From Microcoleus sp. (GTDB lineage: Bacteria; Cyanobacteriota; Cyanobacteriia; Cyanobacteriales; Microcoleaceae), in NCBI GenBank assembly GCA_052279835.1, contig CP181291.1, forward strand, positions 4,640,001 through 4,704,000: a stretch of DNA of 64,000 bases, in the 5' to 3' direction. A model generated the notes under the pieces. That model saw only the letters and a list, made by a program, of their open reading frames with translations. It had not been told where the DNA came from and ran no database searches. Made by a program: the position numbers and the translations under genes. This document shows positions 1 through 9,738 of this stretch, piece after piece (the first letter of the stretch is position 1; the number at the start of each line of letters is the position of its first letter).

Positions 1-559
1 TTTGTTTTTGCTGCCGTTCCCACTCCAAGGCTTTGGCTAAAAATTGCGTGTGCTGTTTTACATACTCGGCGTGGCGGTTTAGTAACTCTGTCAACCCGGC
101 TAAAGATTTATCAAAATCATCGATTCCCTCGCGAAAATACACCCAGTTAATTTTGCCGATCGCCTGGTGCATATTATTAAAACTCGAATGCAATCCTTTG
201 GCTTTGTAAGCTTCCCATTCTTCATCGGTTCCTGCGGGTTTTCGCTGCTGCCAAATGTTGCGATCGATCTGTTCGACGTGCAGTAAGGGAATTATCCGTT
301 TGTTGCGCCGAATTGCCAGTTCGATTTCTTTGCCGCAATAGGGCGAGTTGATCGAATGCGGAGCGATAATAAATAAGAAGTTGTCCGCTTTATCGATGCC
401 GTCGTCAATTTGATTTTGGAAATCGACTCCCAGGGGAATATCGTTTTGGTCGAACCAAATATTCAACCCTTGCTCTCGCAGGCGATCGTATAAAATTTTG
501 CCGAAACCTAAGCTATCTGCGCGTCCGTAAGAGATAAAAGCATCATAAAATGTTGTCAT
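1..559 (-). CDS. TIR domain-containing protein (5' part; runs off window start)
   Basis: Manual translation from ATG at 559: MTTFYDAFISYGRADSLGFGKILYDRL...WFDQNDIPLGVDFQNQIDDGI...FIIAPHSINSPYCGKEIELA; TIR_2 motifs (FISY, SxxCxxE); not in ORF track. Confidence 0.85.
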   Translation of the reverse strand, partial: MTTFYDAFISYGRADSLGFGKILYDRLREQGLNIWFDQNDIPLGVDFQNQIDDGIDKADNFLFIIAPHSINSPYCGKEIELAIRRNKRIIPLLHVEQIDRNIWQQRKPAGTDEEWEAYKAKGLHSSFNNMHQAIGKINWVYFREGIDDFDKSLAGLTELLNRHAEYVKQHTQFLAKALEWERQQKQ

Positions 560-1034
560 ATCTATAACAGGGAAAGAGGGGACTGGGAACGGGAAACAGG
601 GAACAGAGTCATTATCATAATTCAATCCAACAATTTTACAGTGGATATTGTATGTTAGTGATGTGAAAATTTATCGAGCTGGGGTTAATACCTACCGATA
701 ATTCATGTCATCTGAGACTGAAATTATTGCCGTTTCGTTACGCGACATGAAACGCCTAGCGTGTCGCAGGCATAGCTGAATACTTAGGAATGGGAAATCG
801 CGAACAGACTCTTGCCTCGATCGAAGGTCGGGTATAAATTGGGTTATACCATCCGATAGTGTTACCCCCTCTAGGGTTGGGCTGCCTTCGATCTGCAAAA
901 CTGCATATGTCACGGGAATCCAGCCGTTCGTTAGAGTCGCTCGGATTGTCGCCTCGTGAAATAAAGGGGGTGAACAACTCGGATTTACCAGCCACGATGC
1001 GGATCTAAACAACATAGCGCCAACAGAAACCCAC

Positions 1035-2507
1035 ATGGCAAAAAAGCTCACATATTACGACTACCTGCGCCAAGAAATGACCGATATGGTCGAGCAACTG
1101 GAGATACCAGATCTTTGCAAACAGTCGCTCAAAAGTCGCTGGCTCGATCAAGTGGTTTGGGCGGATAAAAAAGCCGAACAATGCCGACGCTGGCACTATC
1201 GCTTGCGCCTGACGACGATCGTGGGTGGGGTAGTGTTGCCTGCCCTAGTTGGAATTAACTTTCAACTGGGCAAAGATAATGAATACTTTCGCATTTGGTT
1301 TCCTTACGTCCCTTTTGTCTTGAGCCAAGTTATCGCAGTCAGTGCGGCAACGGAAGAATTTTTGCGCTTTGGCGATCGCTGGCGCGAGTACCGACAACTA
1401 GCCGAAGATCTCAAAGCAGAAGGCTGGGAATACCTGCAATTGAGCGGCCCCTATCGCTACAAAACCCATGAAGAAGACGATAGTCCGCCTCCCCTGTCGC
1501 GCAGTCGGATGTCCGAAGTCAATGTCGAAGACTGGAAAGCCCTCAAACCGCCGACTGAGAATAAGGAATCTACAACCCACCAAGATGTCTATACCCTGTT
1601 TGCAGGTCGGATCGAAAGTCTGATTAAGAATGACGTACAAAGCTATATCGCGACGTTGCAACAAAAACAGGCTAAGGAGCAAGAGCAAATCAAGCAAATC
1701 CTGACAACCGCCGAGAAGGTTTCCACCGATAAAACCTTGTTTGCACAGCGCACTCCTGGGCCTCAACTGCCGCCTTACGGGGCTGCCAACCCCCCTAACA
1801 ATGGCTTTGGAGCAATGGGAATCCCAGCGCAACCTGCTGCGTTCAATGCTCCAGGAAACGCTACAGGGTACGCGATCGCACCAGTCCCCCCTCAGAATAC
1901 CCCGATGCCGCCGCAAACCGCGTTCGCCCAACCTCCCGCCCCCTTTGCACCCGCACCCGCACCGAGTGCCCCAATGCCTCAGCCGACTGTTGCCCAGCCT
2001 CCCGCCGCGTTTGCGCCTCCACCCGCACCGATGCCAATGGCTTTTGCCCAGCCTCCTGCGGCATTGGCAGCAGCCCCCTCTGCCAGCGAGCCGGTGCAGC
2101 AAACCGCGATCGCCGACCTGAATGCTCGCATCCTCGCTTCCACCCTCAAACTGCGGGGAATGTCTACGGCCGACGGCCCTGATGGCGGCAACAACGCCTG
2201 CGCCTGGACGGTCAACAAAGTCATGCAGGATGCAGGTCTCAGCCCACTTGGCAGCAATCCCAATTACGTTCCCGCAGTCCTGGACGCGCTCAAACAAGGG
2301 CGAGGACAACTGGTGTCGAGAGAATCGTCGAAAGCGGGCGATTTGGTGGTTGCGAATGGGGAAGCACACATTGGGATTGGACTGACCGATTGTTGCAGTC
2401 GAGTCCTCTCCAACTCATCCTCTAGAGCTTGCTTTTTGTGGGAAAGCGATACGGATTTTGACGGCTACTACGGTGGACAGAGTAACATTTACCGCTTGAA
2501 AAGTTGA
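1035..2507 (+). CDS. DUF4231/SLATT 2TM domain + Pro/Ala linker + NlpC/P60/CHAP-like cysteine amidase domain
   Basis: N-terminal RWLDQVVW...HYRLRLTTIVGGVVLPALV...DRWREYRQLAEDLKAEGW (DUF4231 pattern); C-terminal NNACAWTV...GDLVV...HIGI Cys/His dyad. Confidence 0.75.
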   Translation: MAKKLTYYDYLRQEMTDMVEQLEIPDLCKQSLKSRWLDQVVWADKKAEQCRRWHYRLRLTTIVGGVVLPALVGINFQLGKDNEYFRIWFPYVPFVLSQVIAVSAATEEFLRFGDRWREYRQLAEDLKAEGWEYLQLSGPYRYKTHEEDDSPPPLSRSRMSEVNVEDWKALKPPTENKESTTHQDVYTLFAGRIESLIKNDVQSYIATLQQKQAKEQEQIKQILTTAEKVSTDKTLFAQRTPGPQLPPYGAANPPNNGFGAMGIPAQPAAFNAPGNATGYAIAPVPPQNTPMPPQTAFAQPPAPFAPAPAPSAPMPQPTVAQPPAAFAPPPAPMPMAFAQPPAALAAAPSASEPVQQTAIADLNARILASTLKLRGMSTADGPDGGNNACAWTVNKVMQDAGLSPLGSNPNYVPAVLDALKQGRGQLVSRESSKAGDLVVANGEAHIGIGLTDCCSRVLSNSSSRACFLWESDTDFDGYYGGQSNIYRLKS

Positions 2508-2710
2508 AAGTTGAAAATTAATCATGCTGACTGGGTTGAGTGTCGGAAATCCGGGACTGAATGCCTCCTCCAAAAATTAAGCTCTTCAGTGTCTGTCTCT
2601 AGCTATGATTTTCTGATGAGCATCTCGATCGACCTAAAAGATGTCGCATATGCGGATTTTGCCTAACCTCAGATGTACCCCAACCCTCTACTCTCTAACA
2701 GAACATCCCG

Positions 2711-4981
2711 ATGGCTAAGAAAAAGACCTACGAACAATACCTGCGCGAAGAGTTGGGAAGCTTAGTCGAACAGTTGAAACTCCCCAACCTCTACAAACAG
2801 TCGCTCAAACAGCGCTGGATCGATCAGGTAGTGTGGGCGGATAAAAAAGCGGATCAGTGCCGCCGGATGCACTACCGATTGCGTCTGACGACGATTATTA
2901 GCGGGGTGGTGCTGCCTGCTCTGGTGGGGATTAATATGCAACTGTCTAAAGATAATGCCTTCTTCCGCGATTGGTTTCCTTACGTCCCCTTTTTCTTAAG
3001 TCAGGTGATTGCCGTCAGTGCGGCGCTAGATGAGTTTCATCGCTATGGCGATCGCTGGCGAGATTATCGCAAAATGGCAGAAGACCTCAAGACTGAAGGC
3101 TGGCAGTACGTCCAATTGAGTGGTTCCTACGACAACCTGCCCGACCATATCGACGGCTATGCGAACTTTGCCAGCCGGGTAGAAAGTATCATCAAGAACG
3201 ACGTACAAAACTACATCGCGACGTTGCAGCAACAGCAAGCCAAAGAAAACGAGCAAATCAAGCAAATTATTAAGACAGCCAACACTGTCGCCACCGATAA
3301 AACCCTGTTCGATCGACCCCAACCCGTCCGGCCCCCCCAACAGCAACAGCAACAGCTTTGGGGGACTCCGGCTCCCGCCCTTCCTGCTGCTGGGGCTGCG
3401 GGCATTCTCCAAGTTCGCCAGAATACCGAATTCAAGCTCAGTCCCCAACATTCATCATTGTTGCCCGATAACTATAAGATTTGGGTCGGTGGTGGCAACA
3501 GCTTTGGCTTGATGTCCTATGCTCAAGCTGACAACAATCACCTGCAAGTGGCGATCGATCGCGGACTCGGCCCTGAAAACCGCAACGTCTGGTTTGTCAG
3601 CGCACCCGATGTCGCGATCGTTGGCAATAACGGGTCTAGTGCCGCCAATTTGATGATGCCCTCTGCTGCGCCAGCACCGATGATGGGTGCAACGGCCCCC
3701 GCTCCCAGCCCGATGATGGCGACCTCTGCTGCTCCAGCACCGATGATGGGCGCAACGACCCCCGCCCCAAGTCCGATGATGAGCGCTCCTCCGGCTCCCT
3801 CTGCCCCGGCGGCAAGCAACGGCGCAATTCAACTTCCCGTTCCCTTTTTCTCCCAACGAGACAATATGGAGCAACCCTACCGAACTTGCAATACCTCCAG
3901 TTGTGCGATGGTGGCTAAGTTCCTGGGTGCAAACATTTCCGGGGATGACAATTACTTCCAGTACGTGATTAAGTATGGCGATACCACCGACCATAGCGCC
4001 CAAACTCAGGCGCTGGCAGAACTGAAAATTCAATCAACCTGGAATACCAATCTCGATTTTGACGATCTGGATAAATCGCTAGCCAGTGGACTGCCTGCTG
4101 TCATCGGTATTCTGCATCACGGGCCACCGGAAGCACCTTCTGGCGGACATATGATTGTGGCGATCGGTCGCACGGCAGGCGGCGATTACATTATCAACGA
4201 TCCCTTCGGCAATTTGTTGGACGGCTACGCTTCTGAAGATGGCGGCGGATTGACCTATTCTCGCCGGGAATTGACCTGTCGCTGGACGGCAGATGGTCCG
4301 AAAACCGGCTGGGGACGGCTGTTTTACGGCAATAACCCACCGGGTACATCCGCCCAAACAGCACCCGCTCAAACAGCACCCGCTCAAACAGCACCCGCTC
4401 AAACGGCTCAAACTCCTACGGCTACGGCTGGGAGTCCGACGGCAAGCACCCAATATATGACGGCCGAGCAACTGATTCAGATTGCCGGATCGAAGGCACC
4501 GAGCGATCGCCTGCGCCAACTGGCTTCCAGCGTCAACAACGTTCTCAATTACTACGAGATTAATACGCCCCTGCGGATCTGCCATTTCATCGCTCAGGTG
4601 GCTCACGAGTCGGACTGTTTCAATGCGATGGAAGAATATGCTTCTGGTGAAGACTACGAGGGACGGGACGATTTGGGCAACACCCAACCGGGCGACGGCG
4701 CACGCTTTAAGGGACGGGGGTTAATGCAACTGACCGGAAGAGCGAACTATGCGGAGTTTTCTAAGGCAATGGATCAGGATTATATCGCTCAACCCCAACT
4801 CGTCGGACAGATTCCGGTTGCGATTTGGGTCGCAGGCTGGTACTGGGATACCCGACACCTCAACGACTATGCCGATCGAGATGACCTCGAAGCAGTCACC
4901 TTGCGCGTGAATGGGGGTTACAACGGCCTCGAAGATCGGCGGGATTATTTGCAAAAAGCGAAGTCAGTGCTGCGTGCCTAA
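2711..4981 (+). CDS. DUF4231/SLATT 2TM domain + linkers + C39-like peptidase + GH19 lysozyme/chitinase
   Basis: Same N-terminal domain as upstream gene; PFFSQRDN...TCNTSSCAM...GGHMIV...NDPFG (C39-like); HFIAQVAHES...EEY...GRGLMQLTGRANY...VNGGYNGLEDR (GH19). Confidence 0.85.
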   Translation: MAKKKTYEQYLREELGSLVEQLKLPNLYKQSLKQRWIDQVVWADKKADQCRRMHYRLRLTTIISGVVLPALVGINMQLSKDNAFFRDWFPYVPFFLSQVIAVSAALDEFHRYGDRWRDYRKMAEDLKTEGWQYVQLSGSYDNLPDHIDGYANFASRVESIIKNDVQNYIATLQQQQAKENEQIKQIIKTANTVATDKTLFDRPQPVRPPQQQQQQLWGTPAPALPAAGAAGILQVRQNTEFKLSPQHSSLLPDNYKIWVGGGNSFGLMSYAQADNNHLQVAIDRGLGPENRNVWFVSAPDVAIVGNNGSSAANLMMPSAAPAPMMGATAPAPSPMMATSAAPAPMMGATTPAPSPMMSAPPAPSAPAASNGAIQLPVPFFSQRDNMEQPYRTCNTSSCAMVAKFLGANISGDDNYFQYVIKYGDTTDHSAQTQALAELKIQSTWNTNLDFDDLDKSLASGLPAVIGILHHGPPEAPSGGHMIVAIGRTAGGDYIINDPFGNLLDGYASEDGGGLTYSRRELTCRWTADGPKTGWGRLFYGNNPPGTSAQTAPAQTAPAQTAPAQTAQTPTATAGSPTASTQYMTAEQLIQIAGSKAPSDRLRQLASSVNNVLNYYEINTPLRICHFIAQVAHESDCFNAMEEYASGEDYEGRDDLGNTQPGDGARFKGRGLMQLTGRANYAEFSKAMDQDYIAQPQLVGQIPVAIWVAGWYWDTRHLNDYADRDDLEAVTLRVNGGYNGLEDRRDYLQKAKSVLRA
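4352..4410 (+). repeat. 15-bp tandem repeat encoding AQTAP linker
   Basis: GCTCAAACAGCACCC-like unit repeated about 3.5 times. Confidence 0.85.
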
Positions 4982-5037
4982 CTGGCGATCGCTCGAACAA
5001 GCTGATACGAATCAGCAACTCTCTGTCGATCTCGATT

Positions 5038-5280
5038 CTATCCATCAAGCTCGTTGGGATAACCAAATTGGTCTGGTAATTCAGCAGAAGTAATTTGCAG
5101 AATCTCTAGCAACTTCTTGTATTGAACAGGCGTTAGTTTGGGTACGGATCGCCCAGATTCCCAGTTCCTTACCGTCGCTTCCGTAACTCCAAGTCCTTCC
5201 GCTAGCTGCTTTTGAGTCAAAAACCGCTGAACTCTCAGTCGCATTAGGGGCGATCGCTCTGCTCTTTCTGAGACTTCCAT
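5038..5280 (-). CDS. XRE-family helix-turn-helix regulator
   Basis: LTQKQLAEGLGVTEATVRNWESGRSVP Cro/C1-type HTH. Confidence 0.9.
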   Translation of the reverse strand: MEVSERAERSPLMRLRVQRFLTQKQLAEGLGVTEATVRNWESGRSVPKLTPVQYKKLLEILQITSAELPDQFGYPNELDG

Positions 5281-5494
5281 AGGCTATTCGTTACTTTATG
5301 TTAAATAATGCACGCTTTTATTAAATAAATTGACGTATACCGTTATTTGATTTACGCTTAATCAATAGAGATTAGACAGCACCAGCTAAGCCACTTGTGC
5401 TGTAGGGGAATTGCTGTCTTTTCTTCAATTTGTTATTGTACGCGGTTTTACCGTGACAAAGCATCAAATCTATCCAAAATTATTCATCAAAGCT

Positions 5495-5758
5495 ATGTTG
5501 CAAGATTCATCATCGAACCAAACATCGCCCCATGTTTTAACCAACCAAACCTTTGAGGGCGATCGCGAAGCAGTCCGTCATATTATCATCGGTTCACCGC
5601 TGGGAGTACGCCACACAATCCACCAACTCCATGCAGCGCGGTATGCAGAGGTTTCGCGTTGGACTCATGCGATCGCGATTCCGGACGATCGCATCATCAT
5701 TACACCAGAACAAGGAGAAATCATGAGTTTGTTGGTTAAATTAATCCGGTTGGAATGA
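5495..5758 (+). CDS. small conserved cyanobacterial hypothetical protein divergent from XRE gene
   Basis: REAVRHIIIGSPLGVRHTIHQLH...YAEVSRW...GEIMSLL; ATG at 5495 preferred over TTG at 5411. Confidence 0.65.
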   Translation: MLQDSSSNQTSPHVLTNQTFEGDREAVRHIIIGSPLGVRHTIHQLHAARYAEVSRWTHAIAIPDDRIIITPEQGEIMSLLVKLIRLE

Positions 5759-5786
5759 AGTTAGGAGTTACGCAAGTCTCTAATCT

Positions 5787-5846
5787 GTAGGGTGCGTCGC
5801 TGTGAGATGTTCAATAGAACTTGCAGATTGTAGATGGCGACGCACC
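5787..5846. repeat. REP-like GTAG palindrome
   Basis: GTAG-GGTGCGTCGC ... GCGACGCACC inverted repeat. Confidence 0.6.
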
Positions 5847-5921
5847 GATCCGATATTAGAAACCGAATAAGAAGGCGAAGCGCCTACATCAGTGGTTAAA
5901 AAATAAAAACATCAATCAACG

Positions 5922-6381
5922 GGAATATTACCTAACTCAGATACAAAGACTGCCAGCAAGTAAAATATGGCATAGTATAGATAGATATTCATTTCATAGC
6001 ATCCCACCTATGACTGCCAAAATCACCCTAAACTTGTCCGATGAAGTCTATCACCAAGCAGAATTACTAGCGCAGCAATGCCACCGCAGCGTCAGTGAAA
6101 TTTTAGTAGAAACTATGGAAAATTTTCTCTTACCAACCGCTAAACCAGTATCAGCATTGTCCGACCCGGAAGTAATCGCTTTAACTCAACTCCGGTTGCA
6201 ACCAGTCCAAGAACAACGATTGAGTGAATTATTAGAACATCAACAATGCGGTACAATTACTAAATTTGAATGTGAAGAATTGCAGGCATTAATTCATATT
6301 TATGAAGCTCGACTACTGAGACAAGCTCAAGCCTTGAATGAATCTGTGCGGCGCGGCTTGCTCGAACCATTACAAGGATAA
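5922..6381 (+). repeat. ~460-bp direct repeat, copy 1
   Basis: GGAATATTACCTAACTCAG...TTACAAGGATAA nearly identical to 10307-10762. Confidence 0.9.
6010..6381 (+). CDS. putative antitoxin-like protein (family usually upstream of HNH nuclease), copy 1
   Basis: MTAKITLNLSDEVYHQAELLA RHH-like N-terminus; QEQRLSELL...ELQAL...RRG C-terminus. Confidence 0.6.
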   Translation: MTAKITLNLSDEVYHQAELLAQQCHRSVSEILVETMENFLLPTAKPVSALSDPEVIALTQLRLQPVQEQRLSELLEHQQCGTITKFECEELQALIHIYEARLLRQAQALNESVRRGLLEPLQG

Positions 6382-6515
6382 TCTGACAGGGCGTGTGGAG
6401 TTTATTTAAGACTAACGATCGCACTTCCACAAAAGACCGAATCGCCCTTCCCCAAAAAAGCGATGAGCTTGACAAAAACGCAAAACATTTGGTAATATGA
6501 ATAAGATGAATATAA

Positions 6516-6746
6516 ATGGAAATTTTAATTATGCCAATTGCACAATTATTTCCTCTGCTCGGTCATTTATCCCGTGTGGATAAATTAAGAGTAATAGAAT
6601 TTTTGGTTTCTGAGTTAGCAAAAGAAGAAGATTTGGCTAACTTAGAGTCTAAAGATAATTATTTTGAGATGTTGCATAATTCCGATGAAGGAGCGCGTCA
6701 ATTAGCACAGTTTTTAGAGGAACAAAAGCAACTGCAAAATGCTTAA
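6516..6746 (+). CDS. small hypothetical (antitoxin-like) protein
   Basis: LSRVDKLRVIEFLVSELAKEE motif; overlaps start of next gene. Confidence 0.55.
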   Translation: MEILIMPIAQLFPLLGHLSRVDKLRVIEFLVSELAKEEDLANLESKDNYFEMLHNSDEGARQLAQFLEEQKQLQNA

Positions 6747-7161
6747 TGGTGAAAAATACTCTTTTGCCTCTCGATTCGATCGCTTTGGCGAGGTATCTTA
6801 TGCCCCTTATTTACCGATAAGATTAAGCTATCGGAGCCAGTCGATTGAGGTGATGGGGTTGCTGGATACGGGGGCAAGTATGAATGTTTTGCCTTCTGAA
6901 ATTGGTTTACAATTAGGGGCAGTTTGGGATGAACAAACTTTTATTATTTCTTTGTCTGGAAATCTGGCAAATATCGAGGCTAGGGCTTTGTTGTTGTCAG
7001 GGACAGTCAGCAGGTTTGCATCAGTTAACTTGGCTTTTGCTTGGACTAGACAAAGAAATATGCCACTCATTTTAGGAAGGTTAAATTTTTTGGCTGAATT
7101 TGATGTTTGTTTTTATGTATCTGAACTAGGGTTTGAAATTGCGCCTAAGCAATCTCACTAA
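6739..7161 (+). CDS. retropepsin-like (clan AA) aspartyl protease
   Basis: LLDTGAS catalytic motif and LILGRLNFL closing motif. Confidence 0.8.
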   Translation: MLNGEKYSFASRFDRFGEVSYAPYLPIRLSYRSQSIEVMGLLDTGASMNVLPSEIGLQLGAVWDEQTFIISLSGNLANIEARALLLSGTVSRFASVNLAFAWTRQRNMPLILGRLNFLAEFDVCFYVSELGFEIAPKQSH

Positions 7162-7220
7162 TAGGTAGTTATAAGCGATCGCCCTTTCATACAAAAAAGC
7201 GATCGCACTTATCGGTTGGG

Positions 7221-7280
7221 GAGGGCGGGTTTATTAAGATTATTGGTGGGTGGCAAAAATCATGGGTGAACCCGCCCTAC
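7221..7280. repeat. REP-like palindrome between convergent genes
   Basis: AGGGCGGGTT...AACCCGCCCTAC; same arms as 13429-13491. Confidence 0.65.
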
Positions 7281-7304
7281 AAATTTTATTCAATATCGAG
7301 GCCC

Positions 7305-9608
7305 TTAAACCAACTCTACATCACAGTAACTGGAAATGGGGCCATCACGTAATCCACCATCAAGACCAAAATTTGTGAAATTTGCAATAGAATTTAAGTC
7401 ACGATTGCCACTTCTAGCTGAAACTCTCACGGATTGACCTGATGTAACACAGTCCCCAAAAGCGTTTGGCTTGTTTCGTATCCCAAAACTTATCGTGCCA
7501 CTGGAAGAGGAAACGGGAATGATTTTGGTTTGTGTTCCACTTGCTGTATCAAGTTCTACGAGAAAATTGTCTATGTCGTTTATTGGATCGCAGTATCTTA
7601 GTGTGTATTGTGCCGTTTGTCCATAGGGGATGCGATCGGGTATCAAATCTACTTTAATGTTTAAAGCTCCTCCTAAACAAGTTGGTGCTGGTTCAGGAGC
7701 AGTTGCAGGTTTATCGCAAAAGTCAAATGGAATACCCGTCTTATCAGCAAGAAACTTTCGGATCTGAGGCAGAAAGTTTGTTTTAGAGGCTGTCGGTTCC
7801 TTTTTCTGAAATGAATCAATGAGTCCAGCACCAGATATAACTAGCTTTGAAATAGCTTCTGTGCCTCCTGGTAAGTCTCCTGCGAGTTCTCCTGATTTTG
7901 CAATTCCTTTAATTGCATCTTTGCCAATATCTTTTATCAGAGCAGAAGCTAATTCACCATCACTACCAGTAAGCGCTATACAACTGTACTTAACTACTTT
8001 TAAAGCCTCTGATACCTCCTTTAGTTCTAGGCCAATAACGTCAAGTGATAGGCTAGTTCCCCCACTAGGGATAGCAAACAATAAACCAGTAACTAATGCA
8101 GCGTTAGCAGCAAAATCAACTACCTTACGCACTTTTTCAGTTCCTTCACAAAATTCTTTAACCGACTCACAATCTTTCGCAAAATCTCGACCGCTAACGG
8201 TCGGAGTCGTTGGTTTTGGTGGCTCAGGAGGAGGAGTTACTGGAGTTGGCTCCTTTGGCAGAGGAAAAGTTACAGTGTCAATAATCTGACCATCTTTGAG
8301 CCGCGATATAACACCTTGATCCGGCTTTCCAGCTTCTTTACTCGGTTGATTCTCAACTCGCACAGTTTCATTAGAGCCTTCAATAGTAATATCCGCGCTT
8401 GTACCATCTCGATTCAAGCGCGTTGTACTACCACGAACACCCGTTGTACGATTGGGTACAAATATAACTGATTCTACGAAACGTCCGTCAGCATCATCTT
8501 GAAAAACTACTGTATATTTGCTACCATCACTCGCCGGAAATTCCATCTGGAACCTGGTGTCAGATAGCTTTTTAACTTCCGGTAAATCAATTGTGACTTT
8601 ATCTTCAGGACGATCGGGTTCCACATCATAAGGCCTGAAACGACCTTTTAAATCATCTGGTGTCACTCCCAAAACAGTACCTAACAAAGCCCCTGTTCCA
8701 GCCACCTTAATATCCACAGCCGAACCACCAGAAGGCTGCACTTTCGACTCCAAAACAATATCGGATTCCCTAAGATTTGTACTAAGTCCGATGAAATCGA
8801 TCGTTCTTTGAAAGTCGGTGATTAAGTCAAACGTAGGAGAGCCTAAAGCCGCCTCAGAGCGCAGAAAAAATAGATCTTGACCCGCACCACCAGTCAGGGT
8901 GTCATTGCCCAAATCGCCAATCAGGAAGTCATCGCCATCTTGCCCATTGATAATATCGTTACCGCGACCACCCCGCAAAAAGTCGTCTCCGCCGGCACCA
9001 AAAATTACGTCATTACCTGCGTTTCCGTTAACACCATCGGCACTTTCACCACCCTGCAAGGTGTCTGCACCCGGACCGCCAAGCAGACCGTTTTGGCCCG
9101 CACCGCCACTGAGAAAGTCGTTGCCCGCGCCGCCGTACAGCAAATCATCACCACCTCGGCCCTCAATTCGGTCATTTCCTTCGTCGCCATAGACGATATC
9201 CCCAGATTCGGAGCCTGTAATGGAATCGGCACCGCCTAAGCCTCGCAAACCGCCGATGAGAGTATCGAGCAAGCCAAGGGGAATCGTAAATGTGTCGCTT
9301 TGCTCGGTTAAAATGTAAGCACTACCATCGCTCGAAAGTGAGCCACCGCCGACTTGAGAAGCCGATCGCCCAATATCCCCATCAGCACTACTGGAAATCA
9401 AGTCCTTTCCCGTGTTACCATTCAAAAAGTCTGGCGCGATCGAACTTTCTAGCGTATCGTTGCTTCCCAAGCTCAAGATATTCTGAGGATTTGATACTGT
9501 TTCGACCGTCGGGGCTTTTTTGAAGGGACAGCCGCAATCCGCTTGATCCTGGGCGCTGCTACCGTTCAGTATGTCATTCTTGTCCAGCAAAGCTAAATTG
9601 TCAGGCAT
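7305..9608 (-). CDS. RTX/hemolysin-type calcium-binding protein with uncharacterised C-terminal region
   Basis: Multiple GGxGxDxL nonapeptides followed by DLITDFQRTIDFIGL. Confidence 0.85.
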   Translation of the reverse strand: MPDNLALLDKNDILNGSSAQDQADCGCPFKKAPTVETVSNPQNILSLGSNDTLESSIAPDFLNGNTGKDLISSSADGDIGRSASQVGGGSLSSDGSAYILTEQSDTFTIPLGLLDTLIGGLRGLGGADSITGSESGDIVYGDEGNDRIEGRGGDDLLYGGAGNDFLSGGAGQNGLLGGPGADTLQGGESADGVNGNAGNDVIFGAGGDDFLRGGRGNDIINGQDGDDFLIGDLGNDTLTGGAGQDLFFLRSEAALGSPTFDLITDFQRTIDFIGLSTNLRESDIVLESKVQPSGGSAVDIKVAGTGALLGTVLGVTPDDLKGRFRPYDVEPDRPEDKVTIDLPEVKKLSDTRFQMEFPASDGSKYTVVFQDDADGRFVESVIFVPNRTTGVRGSTTRLNRDGTSADITIEGSNETVRVENQPSKEAGKPDQGVISRLKDGQIIDTVTFPLPKEPTPVTPPPEPPKPTTPTVSGRDFAKDCESVKEFCEGTEKVRKVVDFAANAALVTGLLFAIPSGGTSLSLDVIGLELKEVSEALKVVKYSCIALTGSDGELASALIKDIGKDAIKGIAKSGELAGDLPGGTEAISKLVISGAGLIDSFQKKEPTASKTNFLPQIRKFLADKTGIPFDFCDKPATAPEPAPTCLGGALNIKVDLIPDRIPYGQTAQYTLRYCDPINDIDNFLVELDTASGTQTKIIPVSSSSGTISFGIRNKPNAFGDCVTSGQSVRVSARSGNRDLNSIANFTNFGLDGGLRDGPISSYCDVELV

Positions 9609-9738
9609 ACACTGTTGGTTTGTGTTGGTGATTTAAGAAATCTACCTCACCTGTCTCATCTATGTCTTGACCAAAAAAGCACGAAAAAGACTGAAAAAGC
9701 CCGAAGTTTCCTTAACTTTATATTTCTTAACTTAACCC

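Noticed and set aside
692..1051. 119-aa and 79-aa minus-strand ORFs in the TIR-SLATT intergenic
   Set aside because: No motifs, weak starts, overlap with the SLATT gene start; probably promoter region
1398..2369. 323-aa antisense ORF and other long antisense ORFs (3026-4954, 7819-9239, 48000-56000)
   Set aside because: Shadows of GC-rich or low-complexity sense genes with no recognisable motifs
2711..4981. Prophage lysis cassette
   Set aside because: No structural, terminase, integrase or replication phage genes in the window
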